A stretch of 64,000 nucleotides of DNA from NCBI GenBank assembly GCA_002723035.1, contig PBNH01000021.1, positions 1,272 to 65,271 on the forward strand, read 5' to 3'. The notes beneath the pieces are model-generated. The model did no database searches. It had not been told where the DNA came from and saw nothing but the letters and a program-made list of their open reading frames with translations. This DNA is from Rhodobiaceae bacterium (lineage in GTDB: Bacteria; Pseudomonadota; Alphaproteobacteria; MED-G09). Below, one piece after another: positions 30,318 through 39,951 of this stretch. Numbering within the stretch: the stretch's first letter is position 1; every line of letters begins with the position of its first letter. The position numbers were made by a program, and so were the translations under genes.

Positions 30318-32026
30318 GTGAACCTTTGAAAAAACAAACTTTAAGCGAACACTGGTTTTGGGGTTCTCTATTTAAGAATAAAGGAACGTATGTTCAAATC
30401 GCACTTGCTTCAATTTTTATTAATCTATTTGGGTTAGCTAGTGCTTTTTATATCATGACTGTTTATGACAGGGTTATGCCAAATTCAGCCTATAATACTC
30501 TTATAGCTCTAACTATTGGTATGGCAGTAGTTATTTTATTTGATTTTTTAGTTAAACTTTTAAGAGCTTTTTTTGTTGATATGGCTGGCAACAGTATGGA
30601 AAAAGATATTAATGACTCTCTTTTTAAAAAAATAACTAGCCATGATCATAAATTTCTAAATAAAACATCAGGCGTAGCTCATACAGTAAGAGAGTTTGAG
30701 GGAGTAAGAGATTTCTTTACTTCTGCGAGTATGGTTGCATTTATTGATCTTCCATTTATGTTCTTATTTTTGTTTGTTATTTATACAATTGCAGGACCAT
30801 TAGCAATTGTTCCTATTCTTATTGTACCTTTAGTTTTAGGCGTATCAGCCATTATTCAACCAATTTTAAAAAGATCTAGCGATAAGAATCTGGTTAATCA
30901 ACAAGGTAAAATGATTGTTTTGCATGAATTATTGAATAATGTTGAAACTGTAAGAACCATAGCGGGTGGAAAATTTTTACATAATAAATGGAATTCTAGT
31001 GTTGAAAATCAAAGTAAAAATGCAACGACTGCAAGAGGTATTTCAAACTTTGCAGTTACGTTTTCTCAAACTAGTTTACAGATAGCTCAAGCAGGTATCG
31101 TTTGCTATGGAGTTGTACTAGTAGGATCATTGGATATAACATCGGGAGCATTAATTGCATGTGTTATTTTATCTGGAAGAGTATTATCACCTCTAGTTCA
31201 AGCCGGTCAATTACTTACCAAATTTAATCATGCCCTTTCAGCCTTCAAAAAAATTAATGAATTAATGCAGATTGAGTCAAGAGATGATCTTACTAAAGAC
31301 TTTAAAGCAACCTCTCTTACTAGTGGGAATATAAAAATAAAAGATTTATCATATGATATAAATGAGGTTGCTATTTTGAAAAATATTACCTTGGACATAA
31401 GTGATGGAGAAAAAGTAGGCTTTGTTGGTAATATTGGAAGTGGAAAAACATCGCTACTAAGAAATATAATTGGTTTTTATTTGCCTACTAAAGGAAATAT
31501 AACTTTGAGTGGGTATGATTTAAAAAATATCCCATCCAAAGAATTAAGAGACTATATTGGATATTGCCCGCAAAAGATTGATTTATTTACTGGTAGTATT
31601 TTAGAAAATATTAGCACAGGTATCCAGGGTATTACTGAAGATGATGTGATTGAAGCAGCAAAATTATCCTGCGCTCATGATTTTATCACAAAGATGCAGG
31701 GTGGTTATAATTATATTTTAAATGATAATGGTTCAAATTTATCAGGAGGTCAAAGACAGGCAATAGCTCTGGCGAGATGCTTGGTGAGAAAACCAAAGGT
31801 ATTAGTGTTAGATGAGCCTACCAGCTCTATGGATGGGAATACTGAAGAAAAGATAATTAATAACCTTCTATCTTTACCATACAAGCCAACCGTAATTATT
31901 TCAACACACCGAACAAACCATTTAGTAAGAGTTGATAAAATAGGTATCTTGATAGATGGCCAACTGGTTCAGTATGGACCAAGAGAGAGAATATTAAGAC
32001 AAGATAGTGAAAAGGTTGAAAATTAA
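30314..32026 (+). CDS. Type I secretion system ABC transporter (permease/ATPase fusion, PrtD/AprD-type, no C39 peptidase domain)
   Basis: 570 aa. N-terminal transmembrane domain, Walker A GNIGSGKTS, signature LSGGQRQ, Walker B VLVLDEPTS. Confidence 0.9.
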   Translation: MSEPLKKQTLSEHWFWGSLFKNKGTYVQIALASIFINLFGLASAFYIMTVYDRVMPNSAYNTLIALTIGMAVVILFDFLVKLLRAFFVDMAGNSMEKDINDSLFKKITSHDHKFLNKTSGVAHTVREFEGVRDFFTSASMVAFIDLPFMFLFLFVIYTIAGPLAIVPILIVPLVLGVSAIIQPILKRSSDKNLVNQQGKMIVLHELLNNVETVRTIAGGKFLHNKWNSSVENQSKNATTARGISNFAVTFSQTSLQIAQAGIVCYGVVLVGSLDITSGALIACVILSGRVLSPLVQAGQLLTKFNHALSAFKKINELMQIESRDDLTKDFKATSLTSGNIKIKDLSYDINEVAILKNITLDISDGEKVGFVGNIGSGKTSLLRNIIGFYLPTKGNITLSGYDLKNIPSKELRDYIGYCPQKIDLFTGSILENISTGIQGITEDDVIEAAKLSCAHDFITKMQGGYNYILNDNGSNLSGGQRQAIALARCLVRKPKVLVLDEPTSSMDGNTEEKIINNLLSLPYKPTVIISTHRTNHLVRVDKIGILIDGQLVQYGPRERILRQDSEKVEN

Positions 32027-33004
32027 ATGAAGAAATTTTTAGAAAAAATAAAGCTATCTAGTAATAATCTTTTTACCAACTTTAATAGAGAAAAGTTAGA
32101 AAATCTAATACCTTATTTGGTTCCAGAGTTTTGGGCATCAAATAGAAAATCTTTTTTACTATTTTGGTTTATTGGCATATTTACAATATTTTTTATAATT
32201 TGGGCATCTTTTGCAGAAGTAAACCAAGTGGTTAGAGCACAAGGAACTGTTGTTCCAGACTCTAAAGTACATCTTGTTCAGTCAGGTATTTCTGGTCCGA
32301 TACAAAAAATAAACATTAAACTTGATGATAGGGTTGAAAAAGGAGATATACTCTATTTAGTTGATCAAGCTAATACACAAAAGTTTTATGATTTAGCTAA
32401 GAAAGAATATGAAACTCGTTTAAGAAAAGTAGAAATATTGAAAAACCTTGTTAGAAGTGGATCAGATTCTGAATTTAGACTTTTAGATGAAGAGCTCTTA
32501 CTAGTAGATGCTGAGGGAAGGTACAATTCAGCAAAAAAAAATCTAGAATTCTCTACTGTAAGAGCTCCTATATCAGGAAGTATTAGCAACCAAAATGTTA
32601 CAAATATTGGACAGCTAGTATCCTCTGGTGATTTATTATCTGAAATTGTTCCAAAAGATGATTTCTTAAAAATTGAAGCTTTTATAAACCCTAAAGATAT
32701 TGCTTATGTTAGACAGGGGCAAAAGGCAAAAATAGCTTTCTCAGCTTATGATTTAGCAATATACGGACAATTTGAAGGTATTGTAAAGAAAGTAGCAGCC
32801 AATACAACTTCAAATCAAGAGGGAGAAACTTATTATCCTGCCATTATAGATTTAAATTATGATGACATAAAAAACTCCGATCGAAAAGTCATTCTACAAT
32901 CTGGAATGATTTCTGATGTATCCATCATTGGAGAGGAAAGAACAGTAATTAGCTACGTTCTCAACCCTATTACAAAACTCTCAAAAACAGCCTTACAAGA
33001 GTAA
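32027..33004 (+). CDS. HlyD-family type I secretion membrane fusion protein
   Basis: 325 aa. Single N-terminal transmembrane segment, coiled-coil region and beta-barrel MFP features. Start overlaps the ABC stop. Confidence 0.8.
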   Translation: MKKFLEKIKLSSNNLFTNFNREKLENLIPYLVPEFWASNRKSFLLFWFIGIFTIFFIIWASFAEVNQVVRAQGTVVPDSKVHLVQSGISGPIQKINIKLDDRVEKGDILYLVDQANTQKFYDLAKKEYETRLRKVEILKNLVRSGSDSEFRLLDEELLLVDAEGRYNSAKKNLEFSTVRAPISGSISNQNVTNIGQLVSSGDLLSEIVPKDDFLKIEAFINPKDIAYVRQGQKAKIAFSAYDLAIYGQFEGIVKKVAANTTSNQEGETYYPAIIDLNYDDIKNSDRKVILQSGMISDVSIIGEERTVISYVLNPITKLSKTALQE

Positions 33005-33005
33005 T

Positions 33006-33761
33006 TTATTTTTTTTCTAAATTTTTAACGTAATTAGATGCTTCCAATAAGGTATCAAACGTTCCTGTATCAAGCCACGAATAATTTGAGTCTAGCTTTT
33101 TTACATTTAATTTATTGTTATTTAAATAGATCATATTTAAATCAGTAATTTCATACTCACCCCTAGTCGATTTTTTTAGAGTATCAGCTAGTGATGAGGC
33201 GTTATTATCATATATATACAAACCAGTAACGATCAAATTCGATTTAGGTTCCTCTGGTTTTTCTTCAATTGATAAAATATTCGATTTTTCATCAAATTCT
33301 AAAACACCAAATCTTTCAGGTGTATTGGATTCTATGCAAAAAATTGTTGCACCTTGATTTTTATATATGGCATCAATTATTAACTCATTAAAATCTGGTC
33401 CGAAAAAGAGATTATCGCCCAGAATAAGGGCGACACTTGAGTCATTAATCCAGTCCTCACAAATTATTAATGACTGGGCAATACCTTCAGGCTTTTTTTG
33501 AATAATATAGTCAATGTTTATGCCCCATTCGTCCCCATATCCCAAAAGTTTTTTAAAATTTTCTTGATCTTCTTTTGTTGTAATAATCATTACATCTTTT
33601 ATTCCAGTATCAATTAAAACTGAAAGAGGATAAAAAATCATTGGTTTATTATATACTGGTAAAAGTTGCTTTGAAGTAATTTTGGTTAAGGGATATAAGC
33701 GCGTACCCGCTCCACCAGCAAGAATTATTCCTTTTATATTTTGATTATCATTTATACTCAT
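33006..33761 (-). CDS. rfbA: Glucose-1-phosphate thymidylyltransferase
   Basis: 251 aa. GIILAGGAGTRLYPLT N-terminal motif. Confidence 0.9.
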   Translation of the reverse strand: MSINDNQNIKGIILAGGAGTRLYPLTKITSKQLLPVYNKPMIFYPLSVLIDTGIKDVMIITTKEDQENFKKLLGYGDEWGINIDYIIQKKPEGIAQSLIICEDWINDSSVALILGDNLFFGPDFNELIIDAIYKNQGATIFCIESNTPERFGVLEFDEKSNILSIEEKPEEPKSNLIVTGLYIYDNNASSLADTLKKSTRGEYEITDLNMIYLNNNKLNVKKLDSNYSWLDTGTFDTLLEASNYVKNLEKK

Positions 33762-34712
33762 TTAAATCTCATCTAAAATTTGAGGCAATGCTTTTCTTAC
33801 AACTAATCTAACAGAGTCTTCCCATGAGGAAAATTTTATATTATTTTTTAAATAATAATCAAAATCGGTATAAAGCCTTGTATCAATAGATCTCTTAGCA
33901 TCAGATTTCCATTCACTTAATGTTATTGGTATTAATTCTGAATCTAAAGATTTTTGTAAAACAGTTTCTAATTCAGTAAAAATTATTTTAGCCACTAAGT
34001 ACCAAGTTGAAAAGCCAGGTGAACAAAAATGAAATATCCTTTCATTAGTATTTATATTTTTTTTATATAAATCAATTATTTGTACAATATTTCTTGAAAA
34101 ATCTTGAGCAAATGTCAAAGAAATTTTTTGATCAGAAACTACTCTTACACGACGATTTGTAAGTAACAATTTTATCATACTCTTAACGAAATTAGTTCCA
34201 TACTGGCTAAATACTGATGAAAAACGAATTATAATTCCCGATTTGTGATTTGTTAAAACAGCATCCTCACCTTCAGATTTAGTTAGGCCATAAAAATTAA
34301 TTGGTGCTTTTTTATCACCTGGGTAAAAAGGAGCATTCAAGGTTTTCCCAAAAACATAATCTGTTGAAATATGAATAAGTTTGATATTTTTAGTATCAGC
34401 CTCCTTTGATAAAATATCAACACCTGTATGATTAACCCTTTTAGTAATATCTTTTTTCTTTTCTGCGCCATTTACATCAGTAAATGCACCTAAATTAATA
34501 ATGTAATCAAAATTATCATTATTAAGGAAATTCTTAATTGATGCTTGATTAGTCAAATTAAGTGCTTTAGATGAAGGAAATGAAAAATTTAAATTTAATT
34601 TATGCTTTTGATTTTTTATTTCAGTCCCAACCTGACCTGATCCACCGATAACTAAAACTTTTAAATTTTTGTTATAGTTTTCCAAGTCTTTCACCCGAAT
34701 ATTTTTTTTCAT
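33762..34712 (-). CDS. rfbD: dTDP-4-dehydrorhamnose reductase
   Basis: 316 aa. STDYVF...YGLTKSEGE motifs. ORF-track start overlaps rfbB by 41 nt. Confidence 0.8.
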   Translation of the reverse strand: MKKNIRVKDLENYNKNLKVLVIGGSGQVGTEIKNQKHKLNLNFSFPSSKALNLTNQASIKNFLNNDNFDYIINLGAFTDVNGAEKKKDITKRVNHTGVDILSKEADTKNIKLIHISTDYVFGKTLNAPFYPGDKKAPINFYGLTKSEGEDAVLTNHKSGIIIRFSSVFSQYGTNFVKSMIKLLLTNRRVRVVSDQKISLTFAQDFSRNIVQIIDLYKKNINTNERIFHFCSPGFSTWYLVAKIIFTELETVLQKSLDSELIPITLSEWKSDAKRSIDTRLYTDFDYYLKNNIKFSSWEDSVRLVVRKALPQILDEI

Positions 34713-35721
34713 TTAAATTTAAATAATTTTTGTTATCTAAATACCATTTAACTGTATCCTCTATACCCTTTTCCCAAGAAAATTTTGGTTTCCAGCCTAA
34801 ATCTTTTATTTTATTATTATCAAGTGAATATCTAAAATCGTGCCCAGGGCGATCTTTGACAAAATTGATTAATTTATTGTATGAAAAATTCTCTAAAGGA
34901 AGTTTTTCATTTAAAATATTACAAATACTTTTTATAACCTCAAGATTCTCAATTTCACAATTACTACCGATATTATATTTTTCACCAACTTTTCCTTTAT
35001 CCAAAACTTTTAATAATCCACTTACATGATCCTCAACCCTAATCCAATCTCGTATCTGTTTACCATCACCAAAAACTGGAATTTTCTCCTTTTTTAGACA
35101 TTTATTTATAGTTAAAGGAATTAATTTTTCTGGAAATTGCCAAGGTCCATAATTGTTAGAAGTATTTGTTATTATTAGAGGTAATTGATAAGTTTTATAC
35201 CAAGATCTTACTAAATGATCCGCTGAGGCTTTTGAAGCTGAGTAAGGGCTGTTTGGCTTATAATTACTCTCTTCATTAAATGGTGAATCATGCTGACCAA
35301 GAGAACCATAAACCTCGTCGGTAGAGATATGAACAAATCTAAATTTTTTTTTATTTATGGTATTTAAATTTTTCCAGTACGAAAGGCTTTCACGTAGTAA
35401 ATTATATGTTCCTAATATATTAGTTTCAATAAAAGAACTTGGACCATCTATTGATCTATCAACGTGAGTTTCTGCAGCTAGATGAAAAACAGCATCAGGC
35501 TGAAAATTTGTAAAAATATCCATTATCTCTTTGCTTTTAGAAATATCGGCTTTGATTAACTTATAGTTATTTTTATTTGTAACTTGAGTAGCATTAATAT
35601 TTGCTGCATAAGTAAGATTATCAATATTCAGAATTTCAATATTATGATTTTTTGCTAGAGATCTAATTAGACAAGACCCTATAAAACCACAACCTCCAGT
35701 AATTAGTATTTTATTGTACAA
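34672..35721 (-). CDS. rfbB: dTDP-glucose 4,6-dehydratase
   Basis: 349 aa. ITGGCGFIGS...HLAAETHVDRS...YSASKASADHLV. Confidence 0.9.
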   Translation of the reverse strand: MYNKILITGGCGFIGSCLIRSLAKNHNIEILNIDNLTYAANINATQVTNKNNYKLIKADISKSKEIMDIFTNFQPDAVFHLAAETHVDRSIDGPSSFIETNILGTYNLLRESLSYWKNLNTINKKKFRFVHISTDEVYGSLGQHDSPFNEESNYKPNSPYSASKASADHLVRSWYKTYQLPLIITNTSNNYGPWQFPEKLIPLTINKCLKKEKIPVFGDGKQIRDWIRVEDHVSGLLKVLDKGKVGEKYNIGSNCEIENLEVIKSICNILNEKLPLENFSYNKLINFVKDRPGHDFRYSLDNNKIKDLGWKPKFSWEKGIEDTVKWYLDNKNYLNLNEKKYSGERLGKL

Positions 35722-35731
35722 AAAATTCCCC

Positions 35732-36283
35732 TTAAAAATCTATCTTCTCACGAATTTCATCCCAAAAAGGTAAGTTTAAATCTTTTTCAGATATAATTAA
35801 TCTCTTTTTATCAACGGGCCAATTTATTTCAAAAAAAGGGTCATCCCATTTTAAACCTTGTTCAAATTCTTTATTATAGTAATTATCAACTTTATAAATA
35901 ACTTTTGTATCGTTTTCTAATGTACAAAAACCGTGAGCGTAACCTCTGGGTATGTATAGCCAACCATCTTTTGGAGTTAGAACATATGAGGAATGAGTTT
36001 CAAAATTACTAGAATTTCTTCTGAGATCAATAAAAACGTCAAATATTTTACCTTTATCAACTTTTATTAATTTGGATTGGGCATAAGGATTTATTTGAAA
36101 ATGAATACCTCTTAAGGTATTTGAATAAATAGAAAAAGAGGAGTTATCTTGAATAAAATCATCCAATATTCCTAATTCTGCCATCTTTTTTTTGTTATAT
36201 ACTTCAGTGAAAGAACCTCTATTATCCTCAATAATATCGGGCAAAATATTTATAACATCATTAAAAATAACTTTCTTTCTCAT
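35732..36283 (-). CDS. rfbC: dTDP-4-dehydrorhamnose 3,5-epimerase
   Basis: 183 aa. RGIHFQ...KLIKV...RGYAHGF cupin motifs of RmlC. Confidence 0.9.
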   Translation of the reverse strand: MRKKVIFNDVINILPDIIEDNRGSFTEVYNKKKMAELGILDDFIQDNSSFSIYSNTLRGIHFQINPYAQSKLIKVDKGKIFDVFIDLRRNSSNFETHSSYVLTPKDGWLYIPRGYAHGFCTLENDTKVIYKVDNYYNKEFEQGLKWDDPFFEINWPVDKKRLIISEKDLNLPFWDEIREKIDF

Positions 36284-37566
36284 TTTAGCAAACTCTCAAC
36301 TAATTCTAGCTGTTTGGGTAAACTTATAGATTTCAAATCATAATTATTAACAATTGTTTTTCGTGCATTTTTTTTCATTAATTTATATTTTTTGGGATTA
36401 TCTAAAACATCGATAACTAACTTTGATAAACCCTCAACATCAAAGAAATCAACAAGCAAGCCATTTTTATTATTTTTTATAACCTCTTCTACTGGAGCAG
36501 TTTTTGAACCAATAATTAAAGCTTCAAGAGCCATTGCTTCAAGCATTGACCAAGAAAGTACAAATGGATAGGTCAAATAAACATGAACACTTGATATGGC
36601 TATAATCTTTAAAAAATTGCCATAATTAATTCTCCCAAGAAATAGAATTTTTTCTGGGTCAACTAAGTCGTTCTTAACTTCATTAAAATAAATATCCTTA
36701 AAACTTTCACCGGTATTTGAATTAGAGCCATAACTTACTTTATCACCGCCAATGATTAACACATAAGCATCAGGATGTTTTTTTTGTATCTTGGGTAGTG
36801 ACCTCATAAATGAATGATATCCTCTATAAGGCTCTAAATTCCTATTAACAAATGTGATTATTTTATTATCCTTTGATAACTTTATCTTTTCTTCTGATGG
36901 TAATGTCAGAGTAATGTCACCAGTACTTACAGGACGAATAATATCTGTATCGATACCATCATGAATAACATTAATTTTTTTATGAAGAATTTTTGGGGCT
37001 GTTGATTTTTGAAATTTTGTAGGACTTATTAGTAAATCGGAATCTAAATATGACATCATTCCAGGTGCATTTCTTGCCCTTAATCTAGAAAATAACTCCA
37101 GACTAGGTTTTGGATAGTGTGGTTCATTTGTATCAAAGTCTACATCTGAATTAATGGTATTATAATAGAATTCAAAATAGGATAAAAGTTTTACATTAGG
37201 CCATATTTCTTTTACTAAAAAAGTTTCTCCCCAACCTGGATGATCAATTATTAAATCTGGACTAAAACCATTATTTTTTAACTCCAGGCATTTTAAAGAT
37301 ACGGCTTCAGCCCTTATCATTTTTGTTTCAAATTCAGTAGCCAGTGTGTGAATATTTTTGGATGTTCCTTTTTTTATATCATATAAATGATTTGTAATAT
37401 CGCTAAAATTACTCAACCTTTCTTCAGTTTCAACTGGATCTTTATTGCTGACAGATAAACTGTGAATTTCATATTTTTTTTTACTACTCAGAAATGGTGC
37501 CAGTGACTTATACTGTCCAGGAAAATTTTGATGAATAAATAATATTTTCTTTTTAGCCATCGTCAT
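36280..37566 (-). CDS. Glycosyltransferase (GT4-like)
   Basis: 428 aa. C-terminal SMLEAMALEALIIGS...GLLVD (E-x7-E-like GT-B motif). ATGA overlap with rfbC. Confidence 0.65.
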   Translation of the reverse strand: MTMAKKKILFIHQNFPGQYKSLAPFLSSKKKYEIHSLSVSNKDPVETEERLSNFSDITNHLYDIKKGTSKNIHTLATEFETKMIRAEAVSLKCLELKNNGFSPDLIIDHPGWGETFLVKEIWPNVKLLSYFEFYYNTINSDVDFDTNEPHYPKPSLELFSRLRARNAPGMMSYLDSDLLISPTKFQKSTAPKILHKKINVIHDGIDTDIIRPVSTGDITLTLPSEEKIKLSKDNKIITFVNRNLEPYRGYHSFMRSLPKIQKKHPDAYVLIIGGDKVSYGSNSNTGESFKDIYFNEVKNDLVDPEKILFLGRINYGNFLKIIAISSVHVYLTYPFVLSWSMLEAMALEALIIGSKTAPVEEVIKNNKNGLLVDFFDVEGLSKLVIDVLDNPKKYKLMKKNARKTIVNNYDLKSISLPKQLELVESLLK

Positions 37567-39253
37567 TGCCTCTTGTAGTTAAATATCCAAACTTAATAAG
37601 CCAAATAATAGTTTCAAAAACTTTAGTTTCTTCTATATTTGTACTATTAATAACTTGATTAACATTTAATTTATTATTTGTAGAAAATAATTCATAGATA
37701 GATTTAATATTATCCTCCGTCGGTAAATCTCTTTGAGCATATTCAACACTTTTAAATTTTAAAAGCTCATTAAATGATAAACTATTAATATTATCTAATT
37801 TGTATAATACAGTTTTTTTGCTCAGAATATTTGAGGGATACGATGAAAAAGTAAAAAATGGATCTTGTCTATCACTGGGTAAACTCTTTAAACAGAACGT
37901 TTTGTAGTTTAATGATACTGTTTCCCTAATTTTATTTAATTCAGATGATAAATTCCTATACATTGATAGGATTACAGGCCAATTAAAATCTTCTTTAGCT
38001 CTTATTTTTGCAGATTCACCAAATTTCTTTCTTTGTTCATCATTCGTAACTAAAATTCTCAACTTTTCAATACAATCTTTTATATCCACACTAACCTTTT
38101 GAACTGACAGACCAACATAAAGATCATAATTAATATCATTCATCATATATCTATAAGCAATATCTTCTCCATAACCATCAGGCAAGGAAATAGTCTTTGC
38201 TCTAAAACCATCTACACTATCTCTTGCTGTTGATTTATAACCATCCCAATCCGACACTAAAACTGGAAGACCAGCAGCCATACCCTCCAAAGGCGTTAGA
38301 CCAAATGTCTCTTGAATATTATCGCTTAACGAAACAAAAATATCCCCTGCAGCCAAGGTTTTATGTTTATTATCCTGATCTTTACCATCCAAAAAATGAA
38401 ATTTAATTGATGGGCATATTTTTATACCTTCCTCAACAAAGGATTCCTTTACGAAATCATTTGCAAACCAACCAGTTTGAATAATATGAATTTTTTGACC
38501 ATCTTTCAGCTCTTTAGAAATCTCTTCAATAGCTAAATACATAGGCAGATGATGAGCCTTAGCATGAAAGCTTAATCGCCCAACATAAGCTATAACAATA
38601 TCTTCATCATTTATATCAAGTGATAATCTGGATTTTTTCTTAAAATCCTCCGAATAATTAAATTCATCAACATCTAATCCCAATGGAATAACAGGTAATA
38701 AGGGTAGCTCAGGTTTGGAAATATTAAATTTAGATTTTAACCTTTGATATCTATGATCGATTATTTTTTCAACAGTATCTAATACACAACTTGAAGTACA
38801 GATTATTGCATCCCAGGGCATAATATCTGACATTATAATATTTGATATACCAGACATAACCGCATGAGAGGCTGTGGTATGAGTAATTCCAACTAAACTA
38901 TATTTATTATGTCCATGAATACTTCTTTTACTTGCAAAATCATTAATTCCAGGCCCTGGTAGAAATATCCCACCATATGGTTCAGACTTATGGGGTTGAT
39001 TATAAGGAATAAAATCAACTTCCAATTGTTGGTCCTTCTTCATAAGTGGTTTAACTTTTTTGAGTAAAAGTTCTTTTTGTTCCTGATTTTTGATATAAGC
39101 ACTTATTCTTTTAGGATCATCCTTAATTAAAGCCTTCAAAAAAGACCAGCCAGCAGCTTGACGACCCATTATTCTATTACCTTTTATATCATAACCCTCG
39201 TCATCATAATAAATGGACCAATACGGAAATTCACTTTGATAATCATCAGCCAT
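37553..39253 (-). CDS. Glycosyltransferase family 4 protein with about 150-aa C-terminal extension of unknown function
   Basis: 566 aa. ETFGLTPLEGMAAGLPVLVSDWDG canonical GT4 motif. Confidence 0.7.
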   Translation of the reverse strand: MADDYQSEFPYWSIYYDDEGYDIKGNRIMGRQAAGWSFLKALIKDDPKRISAYIKNQEQKELLLKKVKPLMKKDQQLEVDFIPYNQPHKSEPYGGIFLPGPGINDFASKRSIHGHNKYSLVGITHTTASHAVMSGISNIIMSDIMPWDAIICTSSCVLDTVEKIIDHRYQRLKSKFNISKPELPLLPVIPLGLDVDEFNYSEDFKKKSRLSLDINDEDIVIAYVGRLSFHAKAHHLPMYLAIEEISKELKDGQKIHIIQTGWFANDFVKESFVEEGIKICPSIKFHFLDGKDQDNKHKTLAAGDIFVSLSDNIQETFGLTPLEGMAAGLPVLVSDWDGYKSTARDSVDGFRAKTISLPDGYGEDIAYRYMMNDINYDLYVGLSVQKVSVDIKDCIEKLRILVTNDEQRKKFGESAKIRAKEDFNWPVILSMYRNLSSELNKIRETVSLNYKTFCLKSLPSDRQDPFFTFSSYPSNILSKKTVLYKLDNINSLSFNELLKFKSVEYAQRDLPTEDNIKSIYELFSTNNKLNVNQVINSTNIEETKVFETIIWLIKFGYLTTRGNDDG

Positions 39254-39869
39254 TACTAGATCTCTTTTTATTTACATGTTCTGTAATTTTAGCTGATAAT
39301 TCTTCTTTGGTTAATGATTTTGACTTATAAGCTAAAGCCCATAAAGCATAAGCGTTCTTATCTTCGCCAATAATAAAACTCTTAAAACCTGACTGATTTA
39401 ATATATCATTCATGCTCTCAGAGGTAAAACCGTTACGGTGAGCCATATGCTCATTCCCAGCTGCCATTGAAGGTCTATGCCCATAGAGAATATCTAGAGG
39501 GTAAATATCACCTGATGGTGCAGTGTAGAGTTTTCTTCTGATATTACCCTCTCCAATTAGTTTGCAAACCGACTTAATATCAGGACAAGTAAGTACCAAA
39601 AAACCTTCATCGTTTAAAACTCTTTTAAATTCTCGCAATGTTTGGATAACCTCATGAGCAAAAACATGCTCGATATTATGCGAAGAGTAAACAGCATCGA
39701 AGGTAGAATCTTCAACACTGGACATATCTTGAATTGAACTAATAATATCAGGATTAACATCTGGATTAATATCTAAACGAACTTCATTCCAATCATCAGA
39801 ATTAAAGACAGAAGTAGTATTATCTTTATAATACATACCAGGACCTACATGCAAAAAAGTTTTAGTCAT
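39246..39869 (-). CDS. Putative class I SAM-dependent methyltransferase (first gene of the glycosylation operon)
   Basis: 207 aa. FLHVGPG motif-I-like and LVLTCPD motif-II-like segments. 8-nt overlap with the downstream GT4. Confidence 0.5.
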   Translation of the reverse strand: MTKTFLHVGPGMYYKDNTTSVFNSDDWNEVRLDINPDVNPDIISSIQDMSSVEDSTFDAVYSSHNIEHVFAHEVIQTLREFKRVLNDEGFLVLTCPDIKSVCKLIGEGNIRRKLYTAPSGDIYPLDILYGHRPSMAAGNEHMAHRNGFTSESMNDILNQSGFKSFIIGEDKNAYALWALAYKSKSLTKEELSAKITEHVNKKRSSNG

Positions 39870-39903
39870 AGTACTTATTATAAATTAAAGAAATTATTTT
39901 GCA

Positions 39904-39930
39904 TAAAAAAAAGGGAAGCCGAAGCTTCCC
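39904..39930 (-). terminator. Rho-independent terminator of the giant RTX gene
   Basis: On the minus strand, 21 nt after the stop: GGGAAGC-UUCG-GCUUCCC (7-bp GC-rich stem, UUCG tetraloop) followed by U9. Confidence 0.85.
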
Positions 39931-39951
39931 TTAATTTCAATAAGTTATTGA

